DNA of 52,312 nt from a virus (Duplodnaviria > Caudoviricetes): positions 1-52,312 of the IMG/VR virus record IMGVR_UViG_3300048852_000117; one strand, written 5' to 3'. Shown in pieces: positions 36,700 through 45,672 of the stretch. Every line of letters starts with the position of its first letter. Positions within the stretch are counted from its first letter, which is position 1. The position numbers and the translations under genes are program-made. Below the pieces are notes generated by a model. That model was not told the DNA's origin, made no database searches, and saw only the letters and a list, made by a program, of their open reading frames with translations.

Positions 36700-38247
36700 A
36701 TGGCGTACGAACAGATCAGCTTTGATTTCGATAGCAGCCCCGTTTTCGAGGGGCTTGCTTTGTGGACCCCGAGAGAAATTTGGGTTCACCTAAATCAACG
36801 ACTTCTGGAAAGTCTTCGGGAGGATCGCCGGTTTGAGCGGAAAAATCATAAAAGTCCAAGCTTGGATGACTTGGCGAAATACTACAGCACGTTTTCGAAT
36901 ACTCCTGACGGAGGTATGTTGATCTACGGTGTAGCTGATAACGGTGATATTCATGGTTGTGGGTTTAGTGACGACCAGATAAACAGCGTTGAGAGATGCC
37001 ACGTAACCCATTGCCCAATGTCGAAACCAGAGTTTAAAAGGATTCCTGTAGTCGTTAATGGAATAGCAAAATTTTGCATTGCTATTTTCATACCTTACAT
37101 TGGCAGGCTTGTAGAGACAAGCAAGGGTGAGGCATGGGTGCGCTACGGCTCCAGCAAGCATCTGATGAGCGAAGAGGAAAAGCAGGATTTCCGAGCCACT
37201 AGACAGGAGTTATCTTTCGAATTATCGGACGCGTACGCCTTCAAATATCCGGATGATTTCGATCTTCGAATCATACAAGACTACTGTGATAATTTCCGCG
37301 AGCGCGAACTGCAACCTAACTGGACTAATGAGGATGTATTGACCGACAGGCATCTTCTAAAACAAACAAATGACGGTTTTAAGCCACTAAATAGCTTGGT
37401 TCTACTTGCCGCCAAAGACCCTTCTCTAACAATACCGGGATGCCGCATGCGAGTTCAGCGATTCGGCTCTCTGAAAGAGGGATCCGGCGTTTCTTACTCG
37501 CCCATGCGAGACATTACAATCGAAGGAAACCTGGTTCAAATAATTCAGAAAGCGCAAGAACGAATATCTGCTGAAATTTACGATGTCACTTGGCTAAATA
37601 AGGACGGTAAATTTGTAACCACGCCAGAATATCCCCAGTATGCGTGGCTTGAAGCGATTGTAAATGCCTGCGTTCATAGGTCTTATAGTTTTAGCGGAAC
37701 AGAAATTACTGTCAAGTTTTTCCCTGATCGAATGGAAGTGGAAAGCCCAGGCGGCTTTGTACCACCAGTAAATGAAAAAACCATATATCACACCCGGTCC
37801 AGTAGAAATCATCACTTGATGGATGCCATGCGTTATTTGGGATACGTGCGAATGGCCAGGGAGGGCACCCGCCGAATCAGAGATAGTATGAGTGAGTACC
37901 AGCTACCAGAACCGATATTCCAGCAAGAAAACATCCACGGGGTGGTTGTAAAGGTAACTTTGAAAAATGATCAAGAAACACGAAGTAGGGCATCCGACAA
38001 AGATGTTGCTATGTACTTCGGGGTAGAGGTTTGGAGAAAGCTTGAAGAACACGAGATAAAAATTGCGGCATATGCATATAGAAACGGAACCATGCAAGTA
38101 TCGGAGGCCCAGAGGGTAACCGGAAGGACTTGGCAGACCAGCAAGAAAGACCTGGAACGACTAGCTGTTAAAGGGGTGCTGGTTTTTGAGCCAGGCAGCT
38201 ATGTGCGAGATCCAAAAGCAAAGTATCGCGTAATTCAGAGAGAATAG
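36700..38247 (+). CDS. Schlafen/AlbA_2 + GHKL-like (HATPase_c_4) + wHTH protein
   Basis: REDRRFERK..FSNTPDGGMLIYGVADNG; LEAIVNACVHRSY..ESPGG..SRN; C-terminal wHTH; AT-richer. Confidence 0.85.
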   Translation: MAYEQISFDFDSSPVFEGLALWTPREIWVHLNQRLLESLREDRRFERKNHKSPSLDDLAKYYSTFSNTPDGGMLIYGVADNGDIHGCGFSDDQINSVERCHVTHCPMSKPEFKRIPVVVNGIAKFCIAIFIPYIGRLVETSKGEAWVRYGSSKHLMSEEEKQDFRATRQELSFELSDAYAFKYPDDFDLRIIQDYCDNFRERELQPNWTNEDVLTDRHLLKQTNDGFKPLNSLVLLAAKDPSLTIPGCRMRVQRFGSLKEGSGVSYSPMRDITIEGNLVQIIQKAQERISAEIYDVTWLNKDGKFVTTPEYPQYAWLEAIVNACVHRSYSFSGTEITVKFFPDRMEVESPGGFVPPVNEKTIYHTRSSRNHHLMDAMRYLGYVRMAREGTRRIRDSMSEYQLPEPIFQQENIHGVVVKVTLKNDQETRSRASDKDVAMYFGVEVWRKLEEHEIKIAAYAYRNGTMQVSEAQRVTGRTWQTSKKDLERLAVKGVLVFEPGSYVRDPKAKYRVIQRE

Positions 38248-38256
38248 TAAATAATG

Positions 38257-38280
38257 AGCCCGGCCCAGCGCCGGGCTTTT
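38257..38280 (+). terminator. Intrinsic terminator
   Basis: AGCCCGGC..GCCGGGCT followed by TTT. Confidence 0.8.
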
Positions 38281-38394
38281 CGTATCTGGGGGATCAGCAG
38301 CCTGGTCCACAGGACGCTTGTCAGACGACTGTCACAAAAGCCGGAACCTATCAGCGCCGCTCCGCTCCACAGGCAATATGCTTGGAGAGCGCGT

Positions 38395-38640
38395 ATGTTC
38401 GTCGAGGAAAACCTGAGTCTTGTCCAGTCTCTGCTTCACCAGATCTCCGTGGACCAGGCGGCTGAACTGTCCGACTTCTCACATTCGCAAGCGGACGCAT
38501 TGTTCGGGCTTCGAGAGCTAATCAGATTAGGGCTGATCGAGGGAGATTTTACGTATGGCGACGACTCGGACCCTTGCGGCCCGCTTCTGAAATCGGCGTC
38601 TAAAATCCGCCTTACCAAACTAGGTCGAAACTTCGTGTGA
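38395..38640 (+). CDS. Hypothetical small wHTH-like protein
   Basis: RBS GGAGA; LRELIRLGLIEG...IRLTKLGR wing pattern. Confidence 0.6.
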   Translation: MFVEENLSLVQSLLHQISVDQAAELSDFSHSQADALFGLRELIRLGLIEGDFTYGDDSDPCGPLLKSASKIRLTKLGRNFV

Positions 38641-38706
38641 GATTCAGGTGCTGGGCAGGTCCTCGCAGCTCAGGTATGCTCCCGCTTTCGTAAAAAGAGC
38701 GCATAC

Positions 38707-38961
38707 GTGGACACTCTCGACCCGCGGGAAATCGAACGAGTTCTGGCTTTCATGCTGCCTGGATGGAAGGTGCAATGCCGTTGCCATCCAAACGGAACGG
38801 CCTCGTTGGACATTGAAGGACCAAATAAGGAGCTGTTTGCTGTAACCGGTCTAGTCCGGAGTCAGTACCACGGCCTCAAGGGCATCCAAAACCTCGCCAG
38901 CCTGCTGTTAGAAGAGCTGGCCATCGTCCGTACCGCAGCCGAACGACAAACGCGCGCCTGA
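38707..38961 (+). CDS. DUF1652-like protein
   Basis: Resembles the small Pseudomonas family (C.C...GT..L; LA..LLEEL). Confidence 0.6.
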   Translation: MDTLDPREIERVLAFMLPGWKVQCRCHPNGTASLDIEGPNKELFAVTGLVRSQYHGLKGIQNLASLLLEELAIVRTAAERQTRA

Positions 38962-39081
38962 AACGGGCCAAGCGTCTTCCTCCGTATAAATTCCCGCAAG
39001 CGTGCGCGCTTACTCCCGGCTAAGCCCGTTTTCAACGAATTATCTCACGCGCTCCAAAGAGCACATTTGTACTCCTGCGCC

Positions 39082-39122
39082 TTGCCATTACTGAGCCACC
39101 TCCGTACTGTATACACATACAG
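39082..39122 (+). promoter_or_regulatory. SOS promoter with LexA box
   Basis: TTGCCA-17-TACTGT overlapped by CTGT-ATACACAT-ACAG (39107-39122). Confidence 0.85.
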
Positions 39123-39141
39123 TGGTAGAATGGAGAGCATC

Positions 39142-39393
39142 ATGGCAAGGCAGAAGTCCCAGGCGGCGAAGGAACCCTCTTCCTACGAGCTGCTTGGCAT
39201 CCGCATCCAGCGGAGCATCAACAGTCCCAAGGCCCAGGCATCGAAATCGGCCGTCCTCGAACGAAGCCCGAGCGACTCGCCAGAGGACTGGGATCGCTTA
39301 CTGGAAGAACTGGCAGAGAACGACAACGTGACCATTGCCCATCGAGACGACGGGCATGTGCAGCTCTCCTGGAAGGTCCCCAAGCTCGACTGA
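39142..39393 (+). CDS. DUF1654-like protein, LexA-regulated
   Basis: SYELLGIRIQRSINSPKAQ..DWDRLLEELAE motif; RBS GGAGA. Confidence 0.75.
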   Translation: MARQKSQAAKEPSSYELLGIRIQRSINSPKAQASKSAVLERSPSDSPEDWDRLLEELAENDNVTIAHRDDGHVQLSWKVPKLD

Positions 39394-39406
39394 CCCCCTC
39401 CACACG

Positions 39407-39430
39407 AACCCGCCGCTGAGCGGGTTTTTA
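39407..39430 (+). terminator. Intrinsic terminator
   Basis: AACCCGC..GCGGGTT followed by TTT. Confidence 0.8.
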
Positions 39431-39450
39431 TTGTCCGGACGAAAACATAT

Positions 39451-39490
39451 TAGCACTGCTGTTGACGGGGAATATCAGCAGTGCTAATTT
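39451..39490 (+). promoter_or_regulatory. pL/OL early promoter with two operators
   Basis: TTGACG-17-TAATTT with TAGCACTGCTG (39451) and CAGCAGTGCTA (39476). Confidence 0.85.
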
Positions 39491-39621
39491 TCACCCATCG
39501 AAACGAAACAGCCCCTCAACAGGGCCTCCGGATCGAAACACGACTGGTGAAGCCGCCAGATAGCCAGGGATCAGCGACAGTGATCTCCCAGCCCCCGATA
39601 AGGGGACCGACTGGAACCAAC

Positions 39622-39633
39622 AGCTCTTTAACA
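39622..39633 (+). promoter_or_regulatory. boxA antitermination element
   Basis: AGCTCTTTAACA matches consensus boxA GCTCTTTAACA in the pL leader. Confidence 0.75.
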
Positions 39634-39738
39634 GATGAAGCAGGCCAGCGACCGACGCCAGTAGCGGGTCGCGGCGCAAGAACAGTTATTTTCGCGTCAG
39701 CGCCCGCATCGGGCGCTTTCGGAAGGTGGCTGGAATGA

Positions 39739-40197
39739 TTATCGGCGCTTGCCTGATCCTGGAGCGCCGCCGCTGACAAAGTGGACCTTGGAGAACGGTG
39801 TTGAATGATCTGGGCCTGACGGCAAATAGGTCTCGTCCAGATCCTTTGTGCATGGGCGACACAGGCTTGGGGGCTTATCCCATTTGGTGTGAACCGAGAA
39901 TTTTGATTTGCATCGCCAGCAAAATTTATTCACCCATTCGCCGCCGGGCGCTATCGCCTTGGGTGGCGATTTTGGCGGGGCTTTGATCGTATTTGATGGA
40001 GTTTTTTTCGAAGCTTTCTTTGCTTCCTTGATGGCCGCCCTTGCAGCTTTGCGATTCAGCTTTTTCTTGCTGGCATCTTTGGAAATCTCGCGAAGCTCCA
40101 GGATTTTGTTCAGCAGCGCAAATTCATTCCTGAGCTCTACCGTCAAAGCATCCTCGTCGGATGTCGGCTTCGGGTGCTTCGACTCTTTCAATTCCAT
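39739..40197 (-). CDS. Lys-rich zinc-ribbon hypothetical protein (antisense moron)
   Basis: CWRC...CRPC; RBS GAGG; opposite to the pL operon. Confidence 0.7.
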   Translation of the reverse strand: MELKESKHPKPTSDEDALTVELRNEFALLNKILELREISKDASKKKLNRKAARAAIKEAKKASKKTPSNTIKAPPKSPPKAIAPGGEWVNKFCWRCKSKFSVHTKWDKPPSLCRPCTKDLDETYLPSGPDHSTPFSKVHFVSGGAPGSGKRR

Positions 40198-40389
40198 GGC
40201 ATGCGCCTCTTGATTGATTAGCCGAGATTATCAGCGGCCGGACGCCATGAATAGCCGCGCAATGCGGCCCCCTGCATTCAATTCAATAGGTGGCCACTGC
40301 CTGCCCAGTGAGCGAGCCATAGGAGACACAGCCATGTAGATACGACAGCGCGCCGGGGCCTTCCAACAGCGGCAACGACTCTGAGATTC

Positions 40390-40420
40390 AAAAAAGCCCG
40401 GCTTGTGTCGGGCTTTTCTT
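40390..40420. terminator. Bidirectional terminator (tL-like)
   Basis: AAAAGCCCG..CGGGCTTTT. Confidence 0.8.
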
Positions 40421-40525
40421 TACCTAAATCACGACCGCATCGGCAGGTGCCAGGCCAGCGCTATTCACGCTGGGTCTGGTCACCCGCGCCTGGCATCTGG
40501 CCAATGCGGTCCAGAGGACACAGCA

Positions 40526-40768
40526 ATGAGCGAATGGATTAAGTGCAGCGACAGGCTGCCAGACCTGGACACCCCAGTTTGGCTGCGGATGCCGGAAAAC
40601 ATCATGATCCTAGGCGAGCGAGGCTCAAGCACTGACGGATGGATGTGGTCGGCATGCTACGGCGTTTACTTCAACTCGGACGGTGAGTGGGACGCCTGCG
40701 AAAGCGATGCAAGCGATGAGCATGAGCCTACCCACTGGCAACCACTTCCCGCCCCGCCCACTGCATAA
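40526..40768 (+). CDS. DUF551-like protein
   Basis: MSEWIKCSDRLP...PTHWQPLPAPP. Confidence 0.88.
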   Translation: MSEWIKCSDRLPDLDTPVWLRMPENIMILGERGSSTDGWMWSACYGVYFNSDGEWDACESDASDEHEPTHWQPLPAPPTA

Positions 40769-40788
40769 CCCAGCCTCTGGAGGCGACC

Positions 40789-41208
40789 ATGAACGCAGCA
40801 CTACGCATTGCCCAGTATGAGTATGACAACCGCCTCCCGGTCGACCTGTGCGACGCGGCGGAACAGCAGTGGATCGAGAATGGCGTTTACACGCTTATCG
40901 AGCTGCGCTCCGACGTGAGCTTCAAGCGCCGCCTGCACCCTAAGCAGGGCGTCACCTTCGAGCAGTTCGCACAAGCAGTGGACGAGTACGTCATGCAGCA
41001 GCTCAGCGGCTCAGGTATCAGCGCGTCTGTGCTGGGCCGGCTGATCATGGCCGCAAAGTTCGGCTCACCCTCTGAGGTCGCTACTGCGGCAGATGAGGCC
41101 CTGAACAGTCCTGATCCAGACGAGGCGCTGCGCCAGATCGCGGTGCGCCTGCTCAAGCCGCTGGCCCGCGACGGGCTGATTGCGCAGGCAGAGGACGCGG
41201 AGCTGTGA
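40789..41208 (+). CDS. Hypothetical phage protein
   Basis: RBS GGAGG; early operon. Confidence 0.7.
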   Translation: MNAALRIAQYEYDNRLPVDLCDAAEQQWIENGVYTLIELRSDVSFKRRLHPKQGVTFEQFAQAVDEYVMQQLSGSGISASVLGRLIMAAKFGSPSEVATAADEALNSPDPDEALRQIAVRLLKPLARDGLIAQAEDAEL

Positions 41209-41417
41209 CCTTCGACCCCGCCATCGCTTTTATCGAACTGGAGATCGCCAAGATTGGGCGCTCTCCTACCCCCGGCCCTGACATGAGCTTTGTCATGGGC
41301 ATGATCGAAATTGCCCAGTTTGTTGAGCTGTTTGACAAGCCCGCAGCGGATCGCTACCGGGATGAGGTTGAGCGCAAGCACGCGGACAGGGTTGAACAGT
41401 TGAGGAAAGCAGCATGA
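41205..41417 (+). CDS. Hypothetical phage protein
   Basis: GTGA/ATGA translational coupling on both sides. Confidence 0.65.
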   Translation: MTFDPAIAFIELEIAKIGRSPTPGPDMSFVMGMIEIAQFVELFDKPAADRYRDEVERKHADRVEQLRKAA

Positions 41418-41959
41418 GTATCGATTGGAGCAAGGCGCCGAAACTTTCGACTGGCGCGATGGTTGCTAACTTCAGCGGCGGGAGTGTCAAGATCGGGGAC
41501 GTCGAGTTCATAGGTGCGCCCGGGCAAGACGGCCGGGACATTTATCATGAAAGCCCAGATGCGTGGACCTTTCACGCCCGCCCCGAACTCGCAAGCGCTT
41601 GGAATGGCGAAGGCCTGCCGCCTGTTGGGACGGTGTGTGAATTTGTTGGCCTCGACTCGTCCGACTGGCATCGTGAGCTCAGGAATGGCGCGGAAGTGCG
41701 AGTCATTGCCCACTTCGATGGGCCAACCTCCAAGCTGGCAGCCTTCACCTTTGAGTGCGATGGCGGCGTTCAGGTAGAGCAAGGCATAGAGGTGTGCTTC
41801 CGCCCCCTCCGCACCGCCGAGCAGATCGCGGCGGAAGAGCGGGAAGCGGCATGCAGGCAGCTTTGCATTGATGCTGGTTCTACTGAGCAGACTTACCGGC
41901 AAATGGAGACTGCATACAGGCTGTATGACGCAGGCTACCGCAAGCAGGTGCAGCCATGA
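41414..41959 (+). CDS. Hypothetical phage protein
   Basis: IDWSKAP, WNGEGLPPVGTVCE, LYDAGYRK motifs common in Pseudomonas phages. Confidence 0.75.
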   Translation: MSIDWSKAPKLSTGAMVANFSGGSVKIGDVEFIGAPGQDGRDIYHESPDAWTFHARPELASAWNGEGLPPVGTVCEFVGLDSSDWHRELRNGAEVRVIAHFDGPTSKLAAFTFECDGGVQVEQGIEVCFRPLRTAEQIAAEEREAACRQLCIDAGSTEQTYRQMETAYRLYDAGYRKQVQP

Positions 41960-42153
41960 CAAGCCCAATCGTGAAATCCCTGGTTGATGAGCAGCTGGAA
42001 GAAGTCAGTGCTCACGATCTGCGCGAGGCCTATCGCCTTGCCGAGCTGCGCGGCTTCTACGGTCCGCCGGTCGAGCAGTACGCCGAGCCTGGCTATCGCG
42101 GCCGTGTTCTGCAGGTTCTCCGCTTCCGCGTTCAGCAGCAAGCCCAGCAGTAA
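41956..42153 (+). CDS. Hypothetical phage protein
   Basis: ATGA coupling. Confidence 0.6.
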   Translation: MTSPIVKSLVDEQLEEVSAHDLREAYRLAELRGFYGPPVEQYAEPGYRGRVLQVLRFRVQQQAQQ

Positions 42154-42208
42154 CCCCTTCCCTATTCACTCGCAGCGCCCCGGCAACGGCATGGCGCGGG
42201 AGACAGTC

Positions 42209-42940
42209 ATGTCTGACAAAAACCTTTCGATCTGGAACCAGGTCGAGAAGACCGACACCCGCTACACCAAAGACGCCAAGGTCGGCGGCCAGCAAATCAC
42301 AAGCCTGAACGGCACGGCCATGGTCATGAAGGCCACCGAGGTATTCGGGCCGGTCGGCATTGGCTTCGGCTGGTCGGTCACCGAGGAGCGCTTCGACAAG
42401 GGCGCGGAAATGTTCAGCGGCGAAGGCGACAAGCGTGTCAGCCTGGGTTTCGAGCTGAACCACACGGTCAAAATCCTGTTCTGGTACAAGCACGACGGCC
42501 AGCGCGGCGAGCTGGAGCAGTACGGCTGCACGCCCTACCTCTACAAGTCGAAGTTCGGCACGACCACCGACGGCGAGGCACCGAAGAAGTCGCTGACGGA
42601 CGCCATCAAGAAATCCCTGTCGATGCTCGGTTTCAGCGCTGACGTGTTCCTGGGCATGTTTGATGACCGCGAGTACGTGCAACAGCTGCAAGCCGAACAG
42701 GCGATTGAGTTGGCGGAGGATCGCGAGGCCGAGATCGAGCGCCAGAAGCAGGAGCGCCTGGAGTACATCAAGTCGGTCGTCGAGACGATGCAGGGCGCTC
42801 AGTCGATGCAGGAGCTGAAAAAGCTGCATGACCATGCGGTTCGCCGCCTCACGGCGCGCCAGGATGAGACCGCCATCAAGCGAATAGCCAAAGAGTTGCG
42901 TGACCTCACTCCGAAATTCAGCCAGGAGAGCGCAGCATGA
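42209..42940 (+). CDS. Rad52/Sak-like single-strand annealing protein
   Basis: ATEVFGPVGIGFGW and KKSLTDAIKKSLSMLGFSADVF motifs. Confidence 0.75.
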   Translation: MSDKNLSIWNQVEKTDTRYTKDAKVGGQQITSLNGTAMVMKATEVFGPVGIGFGWSVTEERFDKGAEMFSGEGDKRVSLGFELNHTVKILFWYKHDGQRGELEQYGCTPYLYKSKFGTTTDGEAPKKSLTDAIKKSLSMLGFSADVFLGMFDDREYVQQLQAEQAIELAEDREAEIERQKQERLEYIKSVVETMQGAQSMQELKKLHDHAVRRLTARQDETAIKRIAKELRDLTPKFSQESAA

Positions 42941-43500
42941 CCCAGCTCTACGCCCTGACCGGGAAACTGGCCGAACTCCAGGCCATGGCCGACACCGACG
43001 ACGCAGGGCTGAAAGAAGCCCTGCAGCACGCCATGGACGAGATTCAAGGCGACTTCGACGTAAAAGCGGACAACATCGTCATGCTGCGCCGGAACATCGA
43101 AACCGATGTGTTGGCCATCGACTCGGAGATCGAGCGACTGACCGAGCTCAAGCGCATCAAGAAAAACAGCGTCGGCCAGATCACCGACTACCTGCGCCGC
43201 AACATGGAGGCAGCGAACATCAAGTCGATCAAGCGCCCGCTGTTCACCATCACCCTGGCTGCTGCGCCAGAAAAGGTGATCGTCGACCAGCTTGATGCGC
43301 TACCGGATGACCTGATGGACCTCAAAGTCGTGCAGAACCCCGACAAGAAAGCCATCGCCGTTCACCTCAAGCAGATCCGCGAGCACAACGCCGAGGTGCG
43401 CCTGCGCATGGATGCGGGCGAGGACGCCGAGCACGAACTCCTGCCAGAACCCGCCTGGGCTCACCTCGAGCGCGGCGAAAGCTCAATCCGTATCAAGTGA
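42937..43500 (+). CDS. Siphovirus Gp157-family protein
   Basis: LYAL.., KADNI..EIERL..K, GAHL-like AHLERGESSIRIK end. Confidence 0.85.
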   Translation: MTQLYALTGKLAELQAMADTDDAGLKEALQHAMDEIQGDFDVKADNIVMLRRNIETDVLAIDSEIERLTELKRIKKNSVGQITDYLRRNMEAANIKSIKRPLFTITLAAAPEKVIVDQLDALPDDLMDLKVVQNPDKKAIAVHLKQIREHNAEVRLRMDAGEDAEHELLPEPAWAHLERGESSIRIK

Positions 43501-43507
43501 GGTGATC

Positions 43508-43747
43508 ATGGTCACTACCGAACTCAGCGCCATCCAGCGCAATGCCGCCGAATCGCAGCGCCTGGCCCAGGCCATGGCCGAATTCCAGAACCGAGGCGGC
43601 AAGATCGCCCAGGTTGCCGGCTTCACGCCCTCCCCAGCGCCGCGTCGCACCGATTGGGTCGATCCTGAGACCGTCCTCCGCCGCAAGCCTTCGGGTTTGC
43701 GCCGAGCTGAACGGGTCATGCTTCGGCAGATGGCGGGTGCGCTATGA
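43508..43747 (+). CDS. Hypothetical phage protein
   Basis: RBS GAGGTG; AMAEF..RGGKI motif. Confidence 0.7.
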   Translation: MVTTELSAIQRNAAESQRLAQAMAEFQNRGGKIAQVAGFTPSPAPRRTDWVDPETVLRRKPSGLRRAERVMLRQMAGAL

Positions 43748-44025
43748 CCGAAGACAAGATGCGTGAAGAGTTTGAGGCATGGGCAGTGAGCATCTGTCGC
43801 GACGTGACGCGCTATGACGACGGGGCTTGCGAATACGCATGCATGGACACGGAATCTGATTGGCTTTGCTGGCAGGCTTCCCGCGAGGCGCTGGTGATTG
43901 AGCTTCCACCTTTGCCAAAGGCTCAGAGATCAGACGAAGAAGCGACGTTCTCTGCTGGGGGCTGCGACATGCTTCGGAAATGCGCGAAAGCCATCGAAGC
44001 AGCCGGCATAAAGGTGCAGCCATGA
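43744..44025 (+). CDS. Hypothetical phage protein
   Basis: MREEFEAW, WQASREALVIELP motifs. Confidence 0.7.
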   Translation: MTEDKMREEFEAWAVSICRDVTRYDDGACEYACMDTESDWLCWQASREALVIELPPLPKAQRSDEEATFSAGGCDMLRKCAKAIEAAGIKVQP

Positions 44026-44393
44026 CCGATCGTGAATTACTTGAGCTGGCGGCGAAGGCGGCGGGCGCGAAACCCTACGACTGGGAAAACTCCTATGATG
44101 GATTATTCATTCATAGCGACGGAGAGATCGTTCCCTATGAGCGTGGCGAGCCTGGCTTTGCCTGGGATCCGCTAACCGACGACGGCGATGCGCTGCGGCT
44201 GGCAATGTCCCTTGAACTTGGCGTTGTATGCAAGCGGGAGTCTGACCCCTACGAAAAAAACAGGTCAGTTGTGACTGATCCTTATCGCGTTGGCCAGCTT
44301 CGTATTGTTGAGCCGCACAAATATGGTCCTGAAGCGGCTACCCGCCGCGCTATCGTCCGAGCCGCCGCCGAGATCGGGAGGACGATGCCATGA
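44022..44393 (+). CDS. Hypothetical phage protein
   Basis: LLELAAKAAG, WDPLTDDGDALRLA, ATRRAIVRAAAEIG motifs. Confidence 0.75.
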   Translation: MTDRELLELAAKAAGAKPYDWENSYDGLFIHSDGEIVPYERGEPGFAWDPLTDDGDALRLAMSLELGVVCKRESDPYEKNRSVVTDPYRVGQLRIVEPHKYGPEAATRRAIVRAAAEIGRTMP

Positions 44394-44851
44394 GCAAGCG
44401 CAAAGCCAACAACTGCTTCGCCCGCGCCGAGCGCAACTGCCGCGCTCTGGTGCGTAGCAATCATGTCGCCGTGATCAACATCGAGCCGGGTGACTACCAG
44501 TGGATGATCAACTGGAAGAACAGGAAGATTATCCGCAGCAAGGGAATCGTCGACGCGCTGCTGCATGTCACCCACCGCTGGACGATCTTCGCGGCGGTCC
44601 TGTGTGAGAAGCCTGACGGCGAGCGGTACATGAAGGCCAAGGAGTTCACCACCGAGCATTTGCATCTGGTCACAAACCTTGAGGACCTGATCCAGGAGTC
44701 CATCGAAGACCTTCAGGCCACCGCCAACCTCGCGCACCTGCGGAACCGCGCGTGGATTGCTATTCCTGACGCGGTATCCCTCACCGAGGCGCAGGCCGCT
44801 CAGCTGTTTTCGGCAGTTGAAGGATGGGCGCCGCGAGTCGAGGCAGCATGA
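44390..44851 (+). CDS. Hypothetical phage protein
   Basis: ATGA coupling; early operon. Confidence 0.7.
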   Translation: MSKRKANNCFARAERNCRALVRSNHVAVINIEPGDYQWMINWKNRKIIRSKGIVDALLHVTHRWTIFAAVLCEKPDGERYMKAKEFTTEHLHLVTNLEDLIQESIEDLQATANLAHLRNRAWIAIPDAVSLTEAQAAQLFSAVEGWAPRVEAA

Positions 44852-44923
44852 AGCGCATCAGCACAAAGGTGCGGTCCAGACGACGGATCGCACAATTCCA
44901 CCATTCCCCAAGCGGTACATCAC

Positions 44924-45340
44924 ATGACTCCAATATGGCGTTACCTCACCCAGGCCAGCGGCATGACAGCCCAGATGCTGGCCGATGCAACCGGCATGAC
45001 CATTAAGGCAGTACGCGCGGACCTCGTTGAGCTTGAGGCCAAGGGCAAAGTCAGTCGTGAGCGCGGGCCGATCGGCAAGCCTCACCTCTGGTGGCGCGCC
45101 GAAAAACGCCCGCTTGATGGGCTCGACGTGCTGCTGGTCATGGCGCTGGCTGCCGAGATTCATCCTTCCCCGGCCAAGCTGAAGGAAGTGCTGGCTGACG
45201 TGGGCAGCCGGGCCAAGCATGCAGGATTGCGCAAGATCGTGGCGATGTGCGCCATGTCGAAGGCACCGCATGAGATCGTCAGGATGTCGGTTCGGGAGTA
45301 TGACGCCGAAGCCTTCGCTGAAGCATTGAGGGCGGCGTGA
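44924..45340 (+). CDS. wHTH DNA-binding protein
   Basis: MTAQMLADATGMTIKAVRADLVELEAKGKV. Confidence 0.7.
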   Translation: MTPIWRYLTQASGMTAQMLADATGMTIKAVRADLVELEAKGKVSRERGPIGKPHLWWRAEKRPLDGLDVLLVMALAAEIHPSPAKLKEVLADVGSRAKHAGLRKIVAMCAMSKAPHEIVRMSVREYDAEAFAEALRAA

Positions 45341-45672
45341 TGGCCCTCAGTCAGAGACAGCGGGACGAGCGGACAGCTCTCAAACGGCAGAAGGCAGGCG
45401 AGGAAGAGCTGAGGCTACGGGTTCGCCCAGGCACGAAGCAGGCGCTGGCCGAACTGATGCAGTGGGCGGACATTGAGGAACAGGGCGAGGCGCTGACGCT
45501 GATGATTCATCATCTGCATGGCCTGGGGCCGGGCGGCGCGCTGCCGATGCTTGAGGTTCCGCGCCACGAATATCGACCTTCGAAGATCGTGGCGCTGGCG
45601 TTTCATCGCAGGAGCATGCTGATGATTCAGCAGGATCCGGGTGATGAAGTGGTCGCGCCGTTACTCGAATAA
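45337..45672 (+). CDS. Hypothetical phage protein
   Basis: Coupled to the upstream gene. Confidence 0.65.
   Translation: MMALSQRQRDERTALKRQKAGEEELRLRVRPGTKQALAELMQWADIEEQGEALTLMIHHLHGLGPGGALPMLEVPRHEYRPSKIVALAFHRRSMLMIQQDPGDEVVAPLLE

Noticed and set aside
39739-39770. GAPGSGK as a Walker A motif
   Set aside because: Lies at the extreme C-terminus, lacks the following S/T and any NTPase domain
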